Source of the DNA: Nemertoderma westbladi
Lineage: Eukaryota > Animalia > Xenacoelomorpha
Assembly (NCBI GenBank): GCA_032718475.1
Contig: JAUCBJ010001654.1
Coordinates: 32,241-96,240, forward strand
Direction: 5' to 3'
DNA length: 64,000 bases
Shown: positions 1-13,000 of the stretch, one piece after another
Numbering within the stretch: the stretch's first letter is position 1
How the letters are laid out: every line of letters starts with the position of its first letter
Translations under genes and position numbers: made by a program
Notes under the pieces: generated by a model
Told to the model about the DNA's origin: nothing
The model's database searches: none
Seen by the model: the letters and a program-made list of their open reading frames with translations, nothing else

Positions 1-1
1 C

Positions 2-202
2 TTCCTCCAGTTGGTCGCTTACCGACTCTACGCCAAATACGAGACGGTGGAGCGACGCAGACGGAAGCGCCGTAGGTCGTCGTCCCGTTGCAGTGACGGG
101 AGCAGACCGCCGCCCGAATCCACCGAAACCAAGAGATTGTCAAACATTCTGGAAGTTACCGATGATATTCAACGTTCAGAAACACGGGAGACCTTCGCCT
201 AG
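2..202 (+). CDS. 3' end of an unidentified protein-coding gene (5' part outside window)
   Basis: GC-rich open frame FLQLVAYRLYAKYETVERRRRKRRRSSS...ETFA* from the window edge, with an abrupt switch to very AT-rich 3'UTR-like sequence after TAG 202; AATAAA near 723. The hydrophobic-then-basic pattern suggests a membrane-protein tail (inference). Confidence 0.55.
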   Translation, partial: FLQLVAYRLYAKYETVERRRRKRRRSSSRCSDGSRPPPESTETKRLSNILEVTDDIQRSETRETFA

Positions 203-1085
203 CCTTACGTCTTTATTATTTAGCAAATTTTAATTTTTTTTGTGCCATAATATTTATATATCTGGTTTTGGTTTTGTATATCGTTTTTTTATATACAACA
301 TTTCCATATAATAATGGTGGCCTTTCTTATGTTCGAGTAAATTGGTTGTTACTTAGTTAAATAGATTAGTTATAATGGCCGAATAAGTAAATAATAATTT
401 CGTCTACGTACAGTCAGTAATAATAATAATTATGTGTATATATAGTTTGTAAATCGATAAATTTATTATGGAATATATTTTTCGTATATGTTGCCATATA
501 TTATATCATTAGCAGATACTCACACAAATTTATTCATTATATATTTTTTTTAAACAAACACCACTCCTCTTGCGCACAGTAGTTGAACTTTGCAGTAATT
601 TTATATCATTCAGTAAAAGGTATTTTATTAATTTTTACCCGAAAAAGAATATCCCCAATATTTGGGACTGTACAACACAGTATCAGTGCTATTATGGTAT
701 TTAGTTAGTTTAGCATTGAGGAAATAAAGAATAAAGATGATTTATAAATAGTTTTATTTTCGAGTAAGACTGTCTAGTTCTAGATTCTAAAATATTTTAT
801 TTTAAGGTAAATTTATTTATTTTGTGAACAGCGGGTTAATCTACCTGAGTGGTCGATGGTCTTGTCCCGCAAGAGTGTCCGCCTGTCCGTCAGACAGACA
901 CTGGGCAGACGGACTTTATTGTTTTTAACATTAATGATGCGCTCCCATTAATTCAATAAAAGTTTAGTCCTCCAAGTAAACTTGCCAGAAGTTTAGAAGT
1001 GCCAGAAGTACGGCAGCATGGTTTAGCAGAGCTAATGTCTATTCTACTAATAAAATCATTGTTTTTGGTGCAATGGGTGTTGTTA

Positions 1086-4000
1086 CTCGGGAACATTGAA
1101 CCCAAAGTTGTTTTCCGGTTGTTTTTCTCGAGAACATTGAACCCAACTTTGTTTTCCGGTTGTTTTTCTCGAGAACATTGAACCCAACTTTGTTTTTCTC
1201 GAGAACATTGAACCCAACTTTGTTTTCCGATTGTTTTTCTCGAGAACATTGAACCCAACTTTGTTTTCCGGTTGTTTTTCTCGAGAACATTGAACCCAAC
1301 TTTGTTTTTCTCGAGAACATTGAACCCAACTTTGTTTTCCGATTGTTTTTCTCTAGAACATTGAACCCAACTTTGTTTTCCGATTGTTTTTCTCGAGAAC
1401 ATTGAACCCAACTTTGTTTTCCGGTTGTTTTTCTCGAGAACATTGAACCCAACTTTGTTTTTCTCGAGAACATTGAACCCAACTTTGTTTTCCGATTGTT
1501 TTTCTCGAGAACATTGAACCCAACTTTGTTTTCCAGTTGTTTTTCTCGAACACTGAACCCAACGCTGTTTTCCAGTTGTTTTTCCCGAACATTGAACCCA
1601 ACGTTGTTTTCCTGTTGTAATTACTCAAGAACATTGAACCCAACACCGTTTTTCTGTTGTTTATTACTTGGGAACATTGAACCCAAAGATGTTTTTCTTG
1701 AGAACATTGAACCCGAAGTTGTTTTCCGGTTGTTTTTCTCGAGAACATTGAACCCAACGTTGTTTTTCTCAAGAACATTGAACCCAACGTTGTTTTTCTC
1801 GAGAACATTGAACCCGAAGTTGTTTTCCAGTTGTTTTTCTCGAACACTGAACCCAACGCTGTTTTCCTGTTGTAATTACTCAAGAACATTGAACCCAACG
1901 TTGTTTTCCGGTTGTTTTTCTCAAGAACATTGAACCCAACACCGTTTTTCTGTTGTTTATTACTTGGGAACATTGAACCCCACGTTGTTTTTCTCAAGAA
2001 CATTGAACCCGAAGTTGTTTTCCGGTTGTTTTTCTCGAGAACATTGAACCCAACGTTGTTTTTCTCAAGAACATTGAACCCAAAGATGTTTTTCTTGAGA
2101 ACATTGAACCCGAAGTTGTTTTCCGGTTGTTTTTCTCGAGAACATTGAACCCAACGTTGTTTTTCTCAAGAACATTGAACCCAACGTTGTTTTCCAGTTG
2201 TTTTTCTCAAGAACATTGAACCCAACGTTGTTTTTCTCAAGAACATTGAACCCAACGTTGTTTTTCTCGAGAACATTGAACCCAACTTTGTTTTCCGGTT
2301 GTTTTTCTCGAGAACATTGAACCCAACTTTGTTTTTCTCGAGAACATTGAACCCAACTTTGTTTTCCGATTGTTTTTCTCTAGAACATTGAACCCAACGT
2401 TGTTTTTCTCAAGAACATTGAACCCAACGCTGTTTTCCTGTTGTAATTACTCAAGAACATTGAACCCAACACCGTTTTTCTGTTGTTTATTACTTGGGAA
2501 CATTGAACCCAAAGTTGTTTTTCTCAAGAACATTGAACCCAACGTTGTTTTTCTCGAGAACATTGAACCCAACTTTGTTTTCCGGTTGTTTTTCTCGAGA
2601 ACATTGAACCCAACTTTGTTTTCCGATTGTTTTTCTCGAGAACATTGAACCCAACTTTGTTTTCCGATTGTTTTTCTCGAGAACATTGAACCCAACTTTG
2701 TTTTCCGATTGTTTTTCTCGAGAACATTGAACCCAACTTTGTTTTCCGATTGTTTTTCTCGAGAACATTGAACCCAACTTTGTTTTCCGGTTGTTTTTCT
2801 CGAGAACATTGAACCCAACTTTGTTTTTCTCGAGAACATTGAACCCAACTTTGTTTTCCGATTGTTTTTCTCTAGAACATTGAACCCAACTTTGTTTTCC
2901 GATTGTTTTTCTCGAGAACATTGAACCCAACTTTGTTTTCCGGTTGTTTTTCTCGAGAACATTGAACCCAACTTTGTTTTTCTCGAGAACATTGAACCCA
3001 ACTTTGTTTTCCGATTGTTTTTCTCTAGAACATTGAACCCAACTTTGTTTTCCAGTTGTTTTTCTCGAACATTGAACCCAACGCTGTTTTCCTGTTGTAA
3101 TTACTCAAGAACATTGAACCCAACACCGTTTTTCTGTTGTTTATTACTTGGGAACATTGAACCCAAAGATGTTTTTCTTGAGAACATTGAACCCGAAGTT
3201 GTTTTCCGGTTGTTTTTCTCGAGAACATTGAACCCAACGTTGTTTTTCTCAAGAACATTGAACCCAACGTTGTTTTTATCGAGAACATTGAACCCGAAGT
3301 TGTTTTCCAGTTGTTTTTCTCGAACACTGAACCCAACGCTGTTTTCCTGTTGTAATTACTCAAGAACATTGAACCCAACGTTGTTTTCCGGTTGTTTTTC
3401 TCAAGAACATTGAACCCAACACCGTTTTTCTGTTGTTTATTACTTGGGAACATTGAACCCAACGTTGTTTTTCTCAAGAACATTGAACCCGAAGTTGTTT
3501 TCCGGTTGTTTTTCTCGAGAACATTGAACCCAACGTTGTTTTTCTCAAGAACATTGAACCCAAAGATGTTTTTCTTGAGAACATTGAACCCGAAGTTGTT
3601 TTCCGGTTGTTTTTCTCGAGAACATTGAACCCAACGTTGTTTTTCTCAAGAACATTGAACCCAACGTTGTTTTCCAGTTGTTTTTCTCAAGAACATTGAA
3701 CCCAACGTTGTTTTTCTCAAGAACATTGAACCCAACGTTGTTTTTCTCGAGAACATTGAACCCAACTTTGTTTTCCGGTTGTTTTTCTCGAGAACATTGA
3801 ACCCAACTTTGTTTTTCTCGAGAACATTGAACCCAACTTTGTTTTCCGATTGTTTTTCTCTAGAACATTGAACCCAACGTTGTTTTTCTCAAGAACATTG
3901 AACCCAACACTGTTTTTTTGTTGTTTATTACATGAGAACATTGAACCCAAAGATGTTTTCCGATTGTTTTTCTCTAGAACATTGAACCCAACTTTGTTTT

Positions 4001-7000
4001 CCAGTTGTTTTTCTCGAACATTGAACCCAACGCTGTTTTCCTGTTGTAATTACTCAAGAACATTGAACCCAACACCGTTTTTCTGTTGTTTATTACTTGG
4101 GAACATTGAACCCAAAGTTGTTTTTCTCAAGAACATTGAACCCAACGCTGTTTTTCTCGAGAACATTGAACCCAACTTTGTTTTCCGGTTGTTTTTCTCG
4201 AGAACATTGAACCCAACTTTGTTTTTCTCGAGAACATTGAACCCAACTTTGTTTTCCGGTTGTTTTTCTCGAGAACATTGAACCCAACTTTGTTTTTCTC
4301 GAGAACATTGAACCCAACTTTGTTTTCCGATTGTTTTTCTCGAGAACATTGAACCCAACGTTGTTTTTCTCAAGAACATTGAACCCAACGTTGTTTTTCT
4401 CGAGAACATTGAACCCGAAGTTGTTTTCCAGTTGTTTTTCTCGAACACTGAACCCAACGCTGTTTTCCTGTTGTAATTACTCAAGAACATTGAACCCAAC
4501 GTAGTTTTTCTCAAGAACATTGAACCCAACACTGTTTTTTTTTTGTTTATTACATGAGAACATTGAACCCAAAGATGTTTTTCTTGAGAACATTGAACCC
4601 AACTTTGTTTTCCAGTTGTTTTTCTCGAGAACATTGAACCCGAAGTTGTTTTCCGGTTGTTTTTCTCGAACACTGAACCCAACGCTGTTTTCCTGTTGTA
4701 ATTACTCAAGAACATTGAACCCAACACCGTTTTTTTGTTGTTTATTACTTGGGAACATTGAACCCAACGTTGTTTCCAGTTGTTTTTCTCAAGAACATTG
4801 AACCCAACGTTGTTTTTCTCAAGAACATTGAACCCAACGTTGTTTTTCTCAAGAACATTGAACCCAACGTTGTTTTTCTCGAGAACATTGAACCCAACTT
4901 TGTTTTCCGGTTGTTTTTCTCGAGAACATTGAACCCAACTTTGTTTTTCTCGAGAACATTGAACCCAACTTTGTTTTCCGGTTGTTTTTCTCGAGAACAT
5001 TGAACCCAACTTTGTTTTCCAGTTGTTTTTCTCGAACACTGAACCCAACGCTGTTTTCCTGTTGTAATTACTCAAGAACATTGAACCCAACGTTGTTTCC
5101 AGTTGTTTTTCTCAAGAACATTGAACCCAACGTTGTTTTTCTCAAGAACATTGAACCCAACGTTGTTTTTCTCAAGAACATTGAACCCAACGTTGTTTTT
5201 CTCAAGAACATTGAACCCAACGTTGTTTTTCTCGAGAACATTGAACCCAACTTTGTTTTCCGGTTGTTTTTCTCGAGAACATTGAACCCAACTTTGTTTT
5301 CCAGTTGTTTTTCTCGAACACTGAACCCAACGCTGTTTTCCTGTTGTAATTACTCAAGAACATTGAACCCAACGTTGTTTTTCTCAAGAACATTGAACCC
5401 AACACTGTTTTTTTGTTGTTTATTACATGAGAACATTGAACCCAAAGATGTTTTTCTCGAGAACATTGAATCCAACTTTGTTTTCCAGTTGTTTTTCTCG
5501 AACACTGAACCCAACGCTGTTTTCCTGTTGTAATTACTCAAGAACATTGAACCCAACGTTGTTTTTCTCAAGAACATTGAACCCAACACTGTTTTTTTGT
5601 TGTTTATTACATGAGAACATTGAACCCAAAGATGTTTTTCTTGAGAACATTGAACCCAACTTTGTTTTCCAGTTGTTTTTCTCGAACATTGAACCCAAAG
5701 ATGTTTTTCTCGAGAACATTGAATCCAACTTTGTTTTCCAGTTGTTTTTCTCGAACACTGAACCCAACGCTGTTTTCCTGTTGTAATTACTCAAGAACAT
5801 TGAACCCAACGTTGTTTTTCTCAAGAACATTGAACCCAACACTGTTTTTTTGTTGTTTATTACATGAGAACATTGAACCCAAAGATGTTTTTCTTGAGAA
5901 CATTGAACCCAACTTTGTTTTCCAGTTGTTTTTCTCGAACATTGAACCCAAAGATGTTTTTCTCGAGAACATTGAATCCAACTTTGTTTTCCAGTTGTTT
6001 TTCTCGAACACTGAACCCAACGCTGTTTTCCTGTTGTAATTACTCAAGAACATTGAACCCAACGTTGTTTTTCTCAAGAACATTGAACCCAACACTGTTT
6101 TTTTGTTGTTTATTACATGAGAACATTGAACCCAAAGATGTTTTTCTTGAGAACATTGAACCCAACTTTGTTTTCCAGTTGTTTTTCTCGAACATTGAAC
6201 CCAAAGATGTTTTTCTCGAGAACATTGAATCCAACTTTGTTTTCCAGTTGTTTTTCTCGAACACTGAACCCAACGCTGTTTTCCTGTTGTAATTACTCAA
6301 GAACATTGAACCCAACGTTGTTTTTCTCAAGAACATTGAACCCAACACTGTTTTTTTGTTGTTTATTACATGAGAACATTGAACCCAAAGATGTTTTTCT
6401 TGAGAACATTGAACCCAACTTTGTTTTCCAGTTGTTTTTCTCGAACACTGAACCCAACGCTGTTTTCCTGTTGTAATTACTCAAGAACATTGAACCCAAC
6501 GTTGTTTTTCTCAAGAACATTGAACCCAACACTGTTTTTTTGTTGTTTATTACATGAGAACATTGAACCCAAAGATGTTTTTCTTGAGAACATTGAACCC
6601 AACTTTGTTTTCCAGTTGTTTTTCTCGAACATTGAACCCATCGCTGTTTTCCTGTTGTAATTACTCAAGAAAATTGAACCCAACACTGTTTTTATGTTGT
6701 TTATTACTTGAGAACATTGAACCCAAAGATGTTTTTCTTGAGAACATTGAACCCGAAGTTGTTTTCCGGTTGTTTTTCTCGAGAACATTGAACCCAACTC
6801 TGTTTTTATGTTGCTTATTACTTGAGAACATTGAACCCAACGTTGTTTTTATGTTGTTTATTACATGAGAACATTGAACCCAACACTGTTTTTTTGTTGT
6901 TTATTACATGAGAACATTGAACCCAAAGATGTTTTTCTTGAGAACATTGAACCCAAAGTTGTTTTCCGGTTGTTTTTCTCGAGAACATTGAACCCAACTC

Positions 7001-10000
7001 TGTTTTTATGTTGCTTATTACTTGAGAACATTGAACCCAACGTTGTTTTTCTCAAGAACATTGAACCCAACGCTGTTTTCCAGTTGTTTTTCTCGAACAT
7101 TGAACCCAACGCTGTTTTCCTGTTGTAATTACTCAAGAACATTGAACCCAACGTTGTTTTTCTCAAGAACATTGAACCCAACACTGTTTTTTTGTTGTTT
7201 ATTACATGAGAACATTGAACCCAAAGATGTTTTTCTTGAGAACATTGAACCCAACTTTGTTTTCCAGTTGTTTTTCTCGAACATTGAACCCAACGCTGTT
7301 TTCCTGTTGTAATTACTCAAGAAAACTGAACCCAACACTGTTTTTTTGTTGTTTATTACATGAGAACATTGAACCCAAAGATGTTTTTCTTGAGAACATT
7401 GAACCCGAAGTTGTTTTCCGGTTGTTTTTCTCGAGAACATTGAACCCAACGTTGTTTTTCTCAAGAACATTGAACCCAACACTGTTTTTTTGTTGTTTAT
7501 TACATGAGAACATTGAACCCAAAGATGTTTTTCTTGAGAACATTGAACCCGAAGTTGTTTTCCGGTTGTTTTTCTCGAGAACATTGAACCCAACGTTGTT
7601 TTTCTCAAGAACATTGAACCCAACACTGTTTTTTTGTTGTTTATTACATGAGAACATTGAACCCAAAGATGTTTTTCTTGAGAACATTGAACCCGAAGTT
7701 GTTTTCCGGTTGTTTTTCTCTAGAACATTGAACCCAACTTTGTTTTCCAGTTGTTTTTCTCGAACATTGAACCCAACGCTGTTTTCCTGTTGTAATTACT
7801 CAAGAACATTGAACCCAACGTTGTTTTTCTCAAGAACATTGAACCCAACACTGTTTTTTTGTTGTTTATTACATGAGAACATTGAACCCAAAGATGTTTT
7901 TCTTGAGAACATTGAACCCAACTTTGTTTTCCAGTTGTTTTTCTCGAACATTGAACCCAACGCTGTTTTCCTGTTGTAATTACTCAAGAAAATTGAACCC
8001 AACACTGTTTTTTTGTTGTTTATTACATGAGAACATTGAACCCAAAGATGTTTTTCTTGAGAACATTGAACCCGAAGTTGTTTTCCGGTTGTTTTTCTCG
8101 AGAACATTGAACCCAACGTTGTTTTTCTCAAGAACATTGAACCCAACACTGTTTTTTTGTTGTTTATTACATGAGAACATTGAACCCAAAGATGTTTTTC
8201 TTGAGAACATTGAACCCGAAGTTGTTTTCCGGTTGTTTTTCTCGAGAACATTGAACCCAACGTTGTTTTTCTCAAGAACATTGAACCCAACACTGTTTTT
8301 TTGTTGTTTATTACATGAGAACATTGAACCCAAAGATGTTTTTCTTGAGAACATTGAACCCGAAGTTGTTTTCCGGTTGTTTTTATCGAGAACATTGAAC
8401 CCAACGTTGTTTTTCTCAAGAACATTGAACCCAACACTGTTTTTTTGTTGTTTATTACATGAGAACATTAAACCCAAAGATGTTTTTCTTCAGAACATTG
8501 AACCCGAAGTTGTTTTCCGGTTGCTTTTCTCGAGAACATTGAACCCAACGTTGTTTTTCTCAAGAACATTGAACCCAACACTGTTTTTTTGTTGTTTATT
8601 ACATGAGAACATTGAACCCAAAGATGTTTTTCTTGAGAACATTGAACCCGAAGTTGTTTTCCGGTTGTTTTTCTCGAAAATTGAACCCAACGCTGTTTTC
8701 CTGTTGTAATTACTCAAGAAAATTGAACCCAACACTGTTTTTTTGTTGTTTATTACTTGAGAACATTGAACCCAACGTTGTTTTTCTCAAGAACATTGAA
8801 CCCAACGCTGTTTTCCTGTTGTAATTACTCAAGAACATTGAACCCAACGTTGTTTTTCTCAAGAACATTGAACCCAACACTGTTTTTTTGTTGTTTATTA
8901 CTTGAGAACATTGAACCCAACGTTGTTTTTCTCAAGAACATTGAACCCAACACTGTTTTTTTGTTGTTTATTACATGAGAACATTGAACCCAACTTTGTT
9001 TTCCGGTTGTTTTTCTCGAGAACATTGAACCCAACTTTGTTTTCCAGTTGTTTTTCTCGAACATTGAACCCAACGCTGTTTTCCTGTTGTAATTACTCAA
9101 GAAAATTGAACCCAACACTGTTTTTTTGTTGTTTATTACATGAGAACATTTGAACCCAAAGATGTTTTTCTTGAGAACATTGAACCCAACTTTGTTTTCC
9201 GGTTGTTTTTCTCAAGAACATTGAACCCAACGTTGTTTTTCTCAAGAACATTGAACCCAACGCTGTTTTCCTGTTGTAATTACTCAAGAAAATTGAACCC
9301 AACGTTGTTTTTCTCAAGAACATTGAACCCAACACTGTTTTTTTGTTGTTTATTACATGAGAACATTGAACCCAAAGATGTTTTTCTTGAGAACATTGAA
9401 CCCGAAGTTGTTTTCCGGTTGTTTTTCTCGAGAACATTGAACCCAACTTTGTTTTCCAGTTGTTTTTCTCGAACACTGAACCCAACGCTGTTTTCCTGTT
9501 GTAATTACTCAAGAAAATTGAACCCAACACTGTTTTTTTGTTGTTTATTACTTGAGAACATTGAACCCAACGTTGTTTTTCTCAAGAACATTGAACCCAA
9601 CGCTGTTTTCCTGTTGTAATTACTCAAGAACATTGAACCCAACGTGGTTTTTCTCAAGAACATTGAACCCAACACTGTTTTTTTGTTGTTTATTACATGA
9701 GAACATTGAACCCAAAGATGTTTTTCTTGAGAACATTGAACCCAACTTTGTTTTCCGGTTGTTTTTCTCAAGAACATTGAACCCAACGTTGTTTTTCTCA
9801 AGAACATTGAACCCAACGCTGTTTTCCTGTTGTAATTACTCAAGAAAATTGAACCCAACGTTGTTTTTCTCAAGAACATTGAACCCAACACTGTTTTTTT
9901 GTTGTTTATTGCATGAGAACATTGAACCCAAAGATGTTTTTCTTGAGAACATTGAACCCGAAGTTGTTTTCCGGTTGTTTTTCTCGAGAACATTGAACCC

Positions 10001-13000
10001 AACTTTGTTTTCCAGTTGTTTTTCTCGAACACTGAACCCAACGCTGTTTTCCTGTTGTAATTACTCAAGAAAATTGAACCCAACACTGTTTTTTTGTTGT
10101 TTATTACTTGAGAACATTGAACCCAACGTTGTTTTTCTCAAGAACATTGAACCCAACGCTGTTTTCCTGTTGTAATTACTCAAGAACATTGAACCCAACG
10201 TGGTTTTTCTCAAGAACATTGAACCCAACACTGTTTTTTTGTTGTTTATTACTTGAGAACATTGAACCCAACGCTGTTTTCCTGTTGTAATTACTCAAGA
10301 AAATTGAACCCAACACTATTTTTTTGTTGTTTATTACATGAGAACATTGAACCCAAAGATGTTTTTCTTGAGAACATTGAACCCAACTTTGTTTTCCGGT
10401 TGTTTTTCTCGAGAACATTGAACCCAACTTTGTTTTCCGGTTGTTTTTTCTCGAACACTGAACCCAACGCTGTTTTCCTGTTGTAATTACTCAAGAACAT
10501 TGAACCCAACGTTGTTTTTCTCAAGAACATTGAACCCAACTTTGTTTTCCAGTTGTTTTTCTCGAACATTGAACCCAACGCTGTTTTCCTGTTGTAATTA
10601 CTCAAGAACATTGAACCCAACGCTGTTTTCCTGTTGTAATTACTCAAGAACATTGAACCCAACGTTGTTTTTCTCAAGAACATTGAACCCAACACTGTTT
10701 TTTTGTTGTTTATTACATGAGAACATTGAACCCAAAGATGTTTTTCTTGAGAACATTGAACCCAACTTTGTTTTCCAGTTGTTTTTCTCGAACATTGAAC
10801 CCAACGCTGTTTTCCTGTTGTAATTACTCAAGAACATTGAACCCAACGCTGTTTTCCTGTTGTAATTACTCAAGAAAATTGAACCCAACACTGTTTTTAT
10901 GTTGTTTATTACTTGAGAACATTGAATCCAACGTTGTTTTTCTCAAGAACATTGAACCCAACGCTGTTTTCCTGTTGTAATTACTCAAGAACATTGAACC
11001 CAACGTTGTTTTTCTCAAGAACATTGAACCCAACACTGTTTTTTTGTTGTTTATTACATGAGAACATTGAACCCAAAGATGTTTTTCTTGAGAACATTGA
11101 ACCCAACTTTGTTTTCCAGTTGTTTTTCTCGAACATTGAACCCATCGCTGTTTTCCTGTTGTAATTACTCAAGAAAATTGAACCCAACACTGTTTTTTTG
11201 TTGTTTATTACATGAGAACATTGAACCCAACGTTGTTTTTCATGAGAACATTGAACCCGAAGTTGTTTTCCGGTTGTTTTTCTCGAGAACATTGAACCCA
11301 ACGTTGTTTTTCTCAAGAACATTGAACCCAACACTGTTTTTTTGTTGTTTATTACATGAGAACATTGAACCCAAAGATGTTTTTCTTGAGAACATTGAAC
11401 CCGAAGTTGTTTTCCGGTTGTTTTTCTCGAGAACATTGAACCCAACGTTGTTTTTCTCAAGAACATTGAACCCAACACTGTTTTTTTGTTGTTTATTACA
11501 TGAGAACATTGAACCCAAAGATGTTTTTCTTGAGAACATTGAACCCGAAGTTGTTTTCCGGTTGTTTTTCTCGAGAACATTGAACCCAACGTTGTTTTTC
11601 TCGAACACTGAACCCAACATTGTTTTCCTGTTGTTTTTCTCGAGAACATTGAACCCAACTTTGTTTTTCTCGAGAACATTGAACCCGAAGTTGTTTTCCG
11701 GTTGTTTTTCTCGAGAACATTGAACCCAACGTTGTTTTTCTCAAGAACATTGAACCCGACACTGTTTTTTTGTTGTTTATTACATGAGAACATTGAACCC
11801 AAAGATGTTTTTCTTGAGAACATTGAACCCGAAGTTGTTTTCCGGTTGTTTTTCTCTAGAACATTGAACCCAACTTTGTTTTCCAGTTGTTTTTCTCGAA
11901 CATTGAACCCAACGCTGTTTTCCTGTTGTAATTACTCAAGAAAATTGAACCCAACACTGTTTTTTTGTTGTTTATTACATGAGAACATTGAACCCAAAGA
12001 TGTTTTTCTTGAGAACATTGAACCCAACTTTGTTTTCCGGTTGTTTTTCTCGAGAACATTGAACCCAACTTTGTTTTCCGGTTGTTTTTCTCGAACACTG
12101 AACCCAACGCTGTTTTCCTGTTGTAATTACTCAAGAACATTGAACCCAACGTTGTTTTTCTCAAGAACATTGAACCCAACTTTGTTTTCCAGTTGTTTTT
12201 CTCGAACATTGAACCCAACGCTGTTTTCCTGTTGTAATTACTCAAGAACATTGAACCCAACGCTGTTTTCCTGTTGTAATTACTCAAGAACATTGAACCC
12301 AACGTTGTTTTTCTCAAGAACATTGAACCCAACACTGTTTTTTTGTTGTTTATTACATGAGAACATTGAACCCAAAGATGTTTTTCTTGAGAACATTGAA
12401 CCCAACTTTGTTTTCCAGTTGTTTTTCTCGAACATTGAACCCAACGCTGTTTTCCTGTTGTAATTACTCAAGAACATTGAACCCAACGCTGTTTTCCTGT
12501 TGTAATTACTCAAGAAAATTGAACCCAACACTGTTTTTATGTTGTTTATTACTTGAGAACATTGAATCCAACGTTGTTTTTCTCAAGAACATTGAACCCA
12601 ACGCTGTTTTCCTGTTGTAATTACTCAAGAACATTGAACCCAACGTTGTTTTTCTCAAGAACATTGAACCCAACACTGTTTTTTTGTTGTTTATTACATG
12701 AGAACATTGAACCCAAAGATGTTTTTCTTGAGAACATTGAACCCAACTTTGTTTTCCAGTTGTTTTTCTCGAACATTGAACCCAACGCTGTTTTCCTGTT
12801 GTAATTACTCAAGAAAATTGAACCCAACACTGTTTTTTTGTTGTTTATTACATGAGAACATTGAACCCAACGTTGTTTTTCATGAGAACATTGAACCCGA
12901 AGTTGTTTTCCGGTTGTTTTTCTCGAGAACATTGAACCCAACGTTGTTTTTCTCAAGAACATTGAACCCAACACTGTTTTTTTGTTGTTTATTACATGAG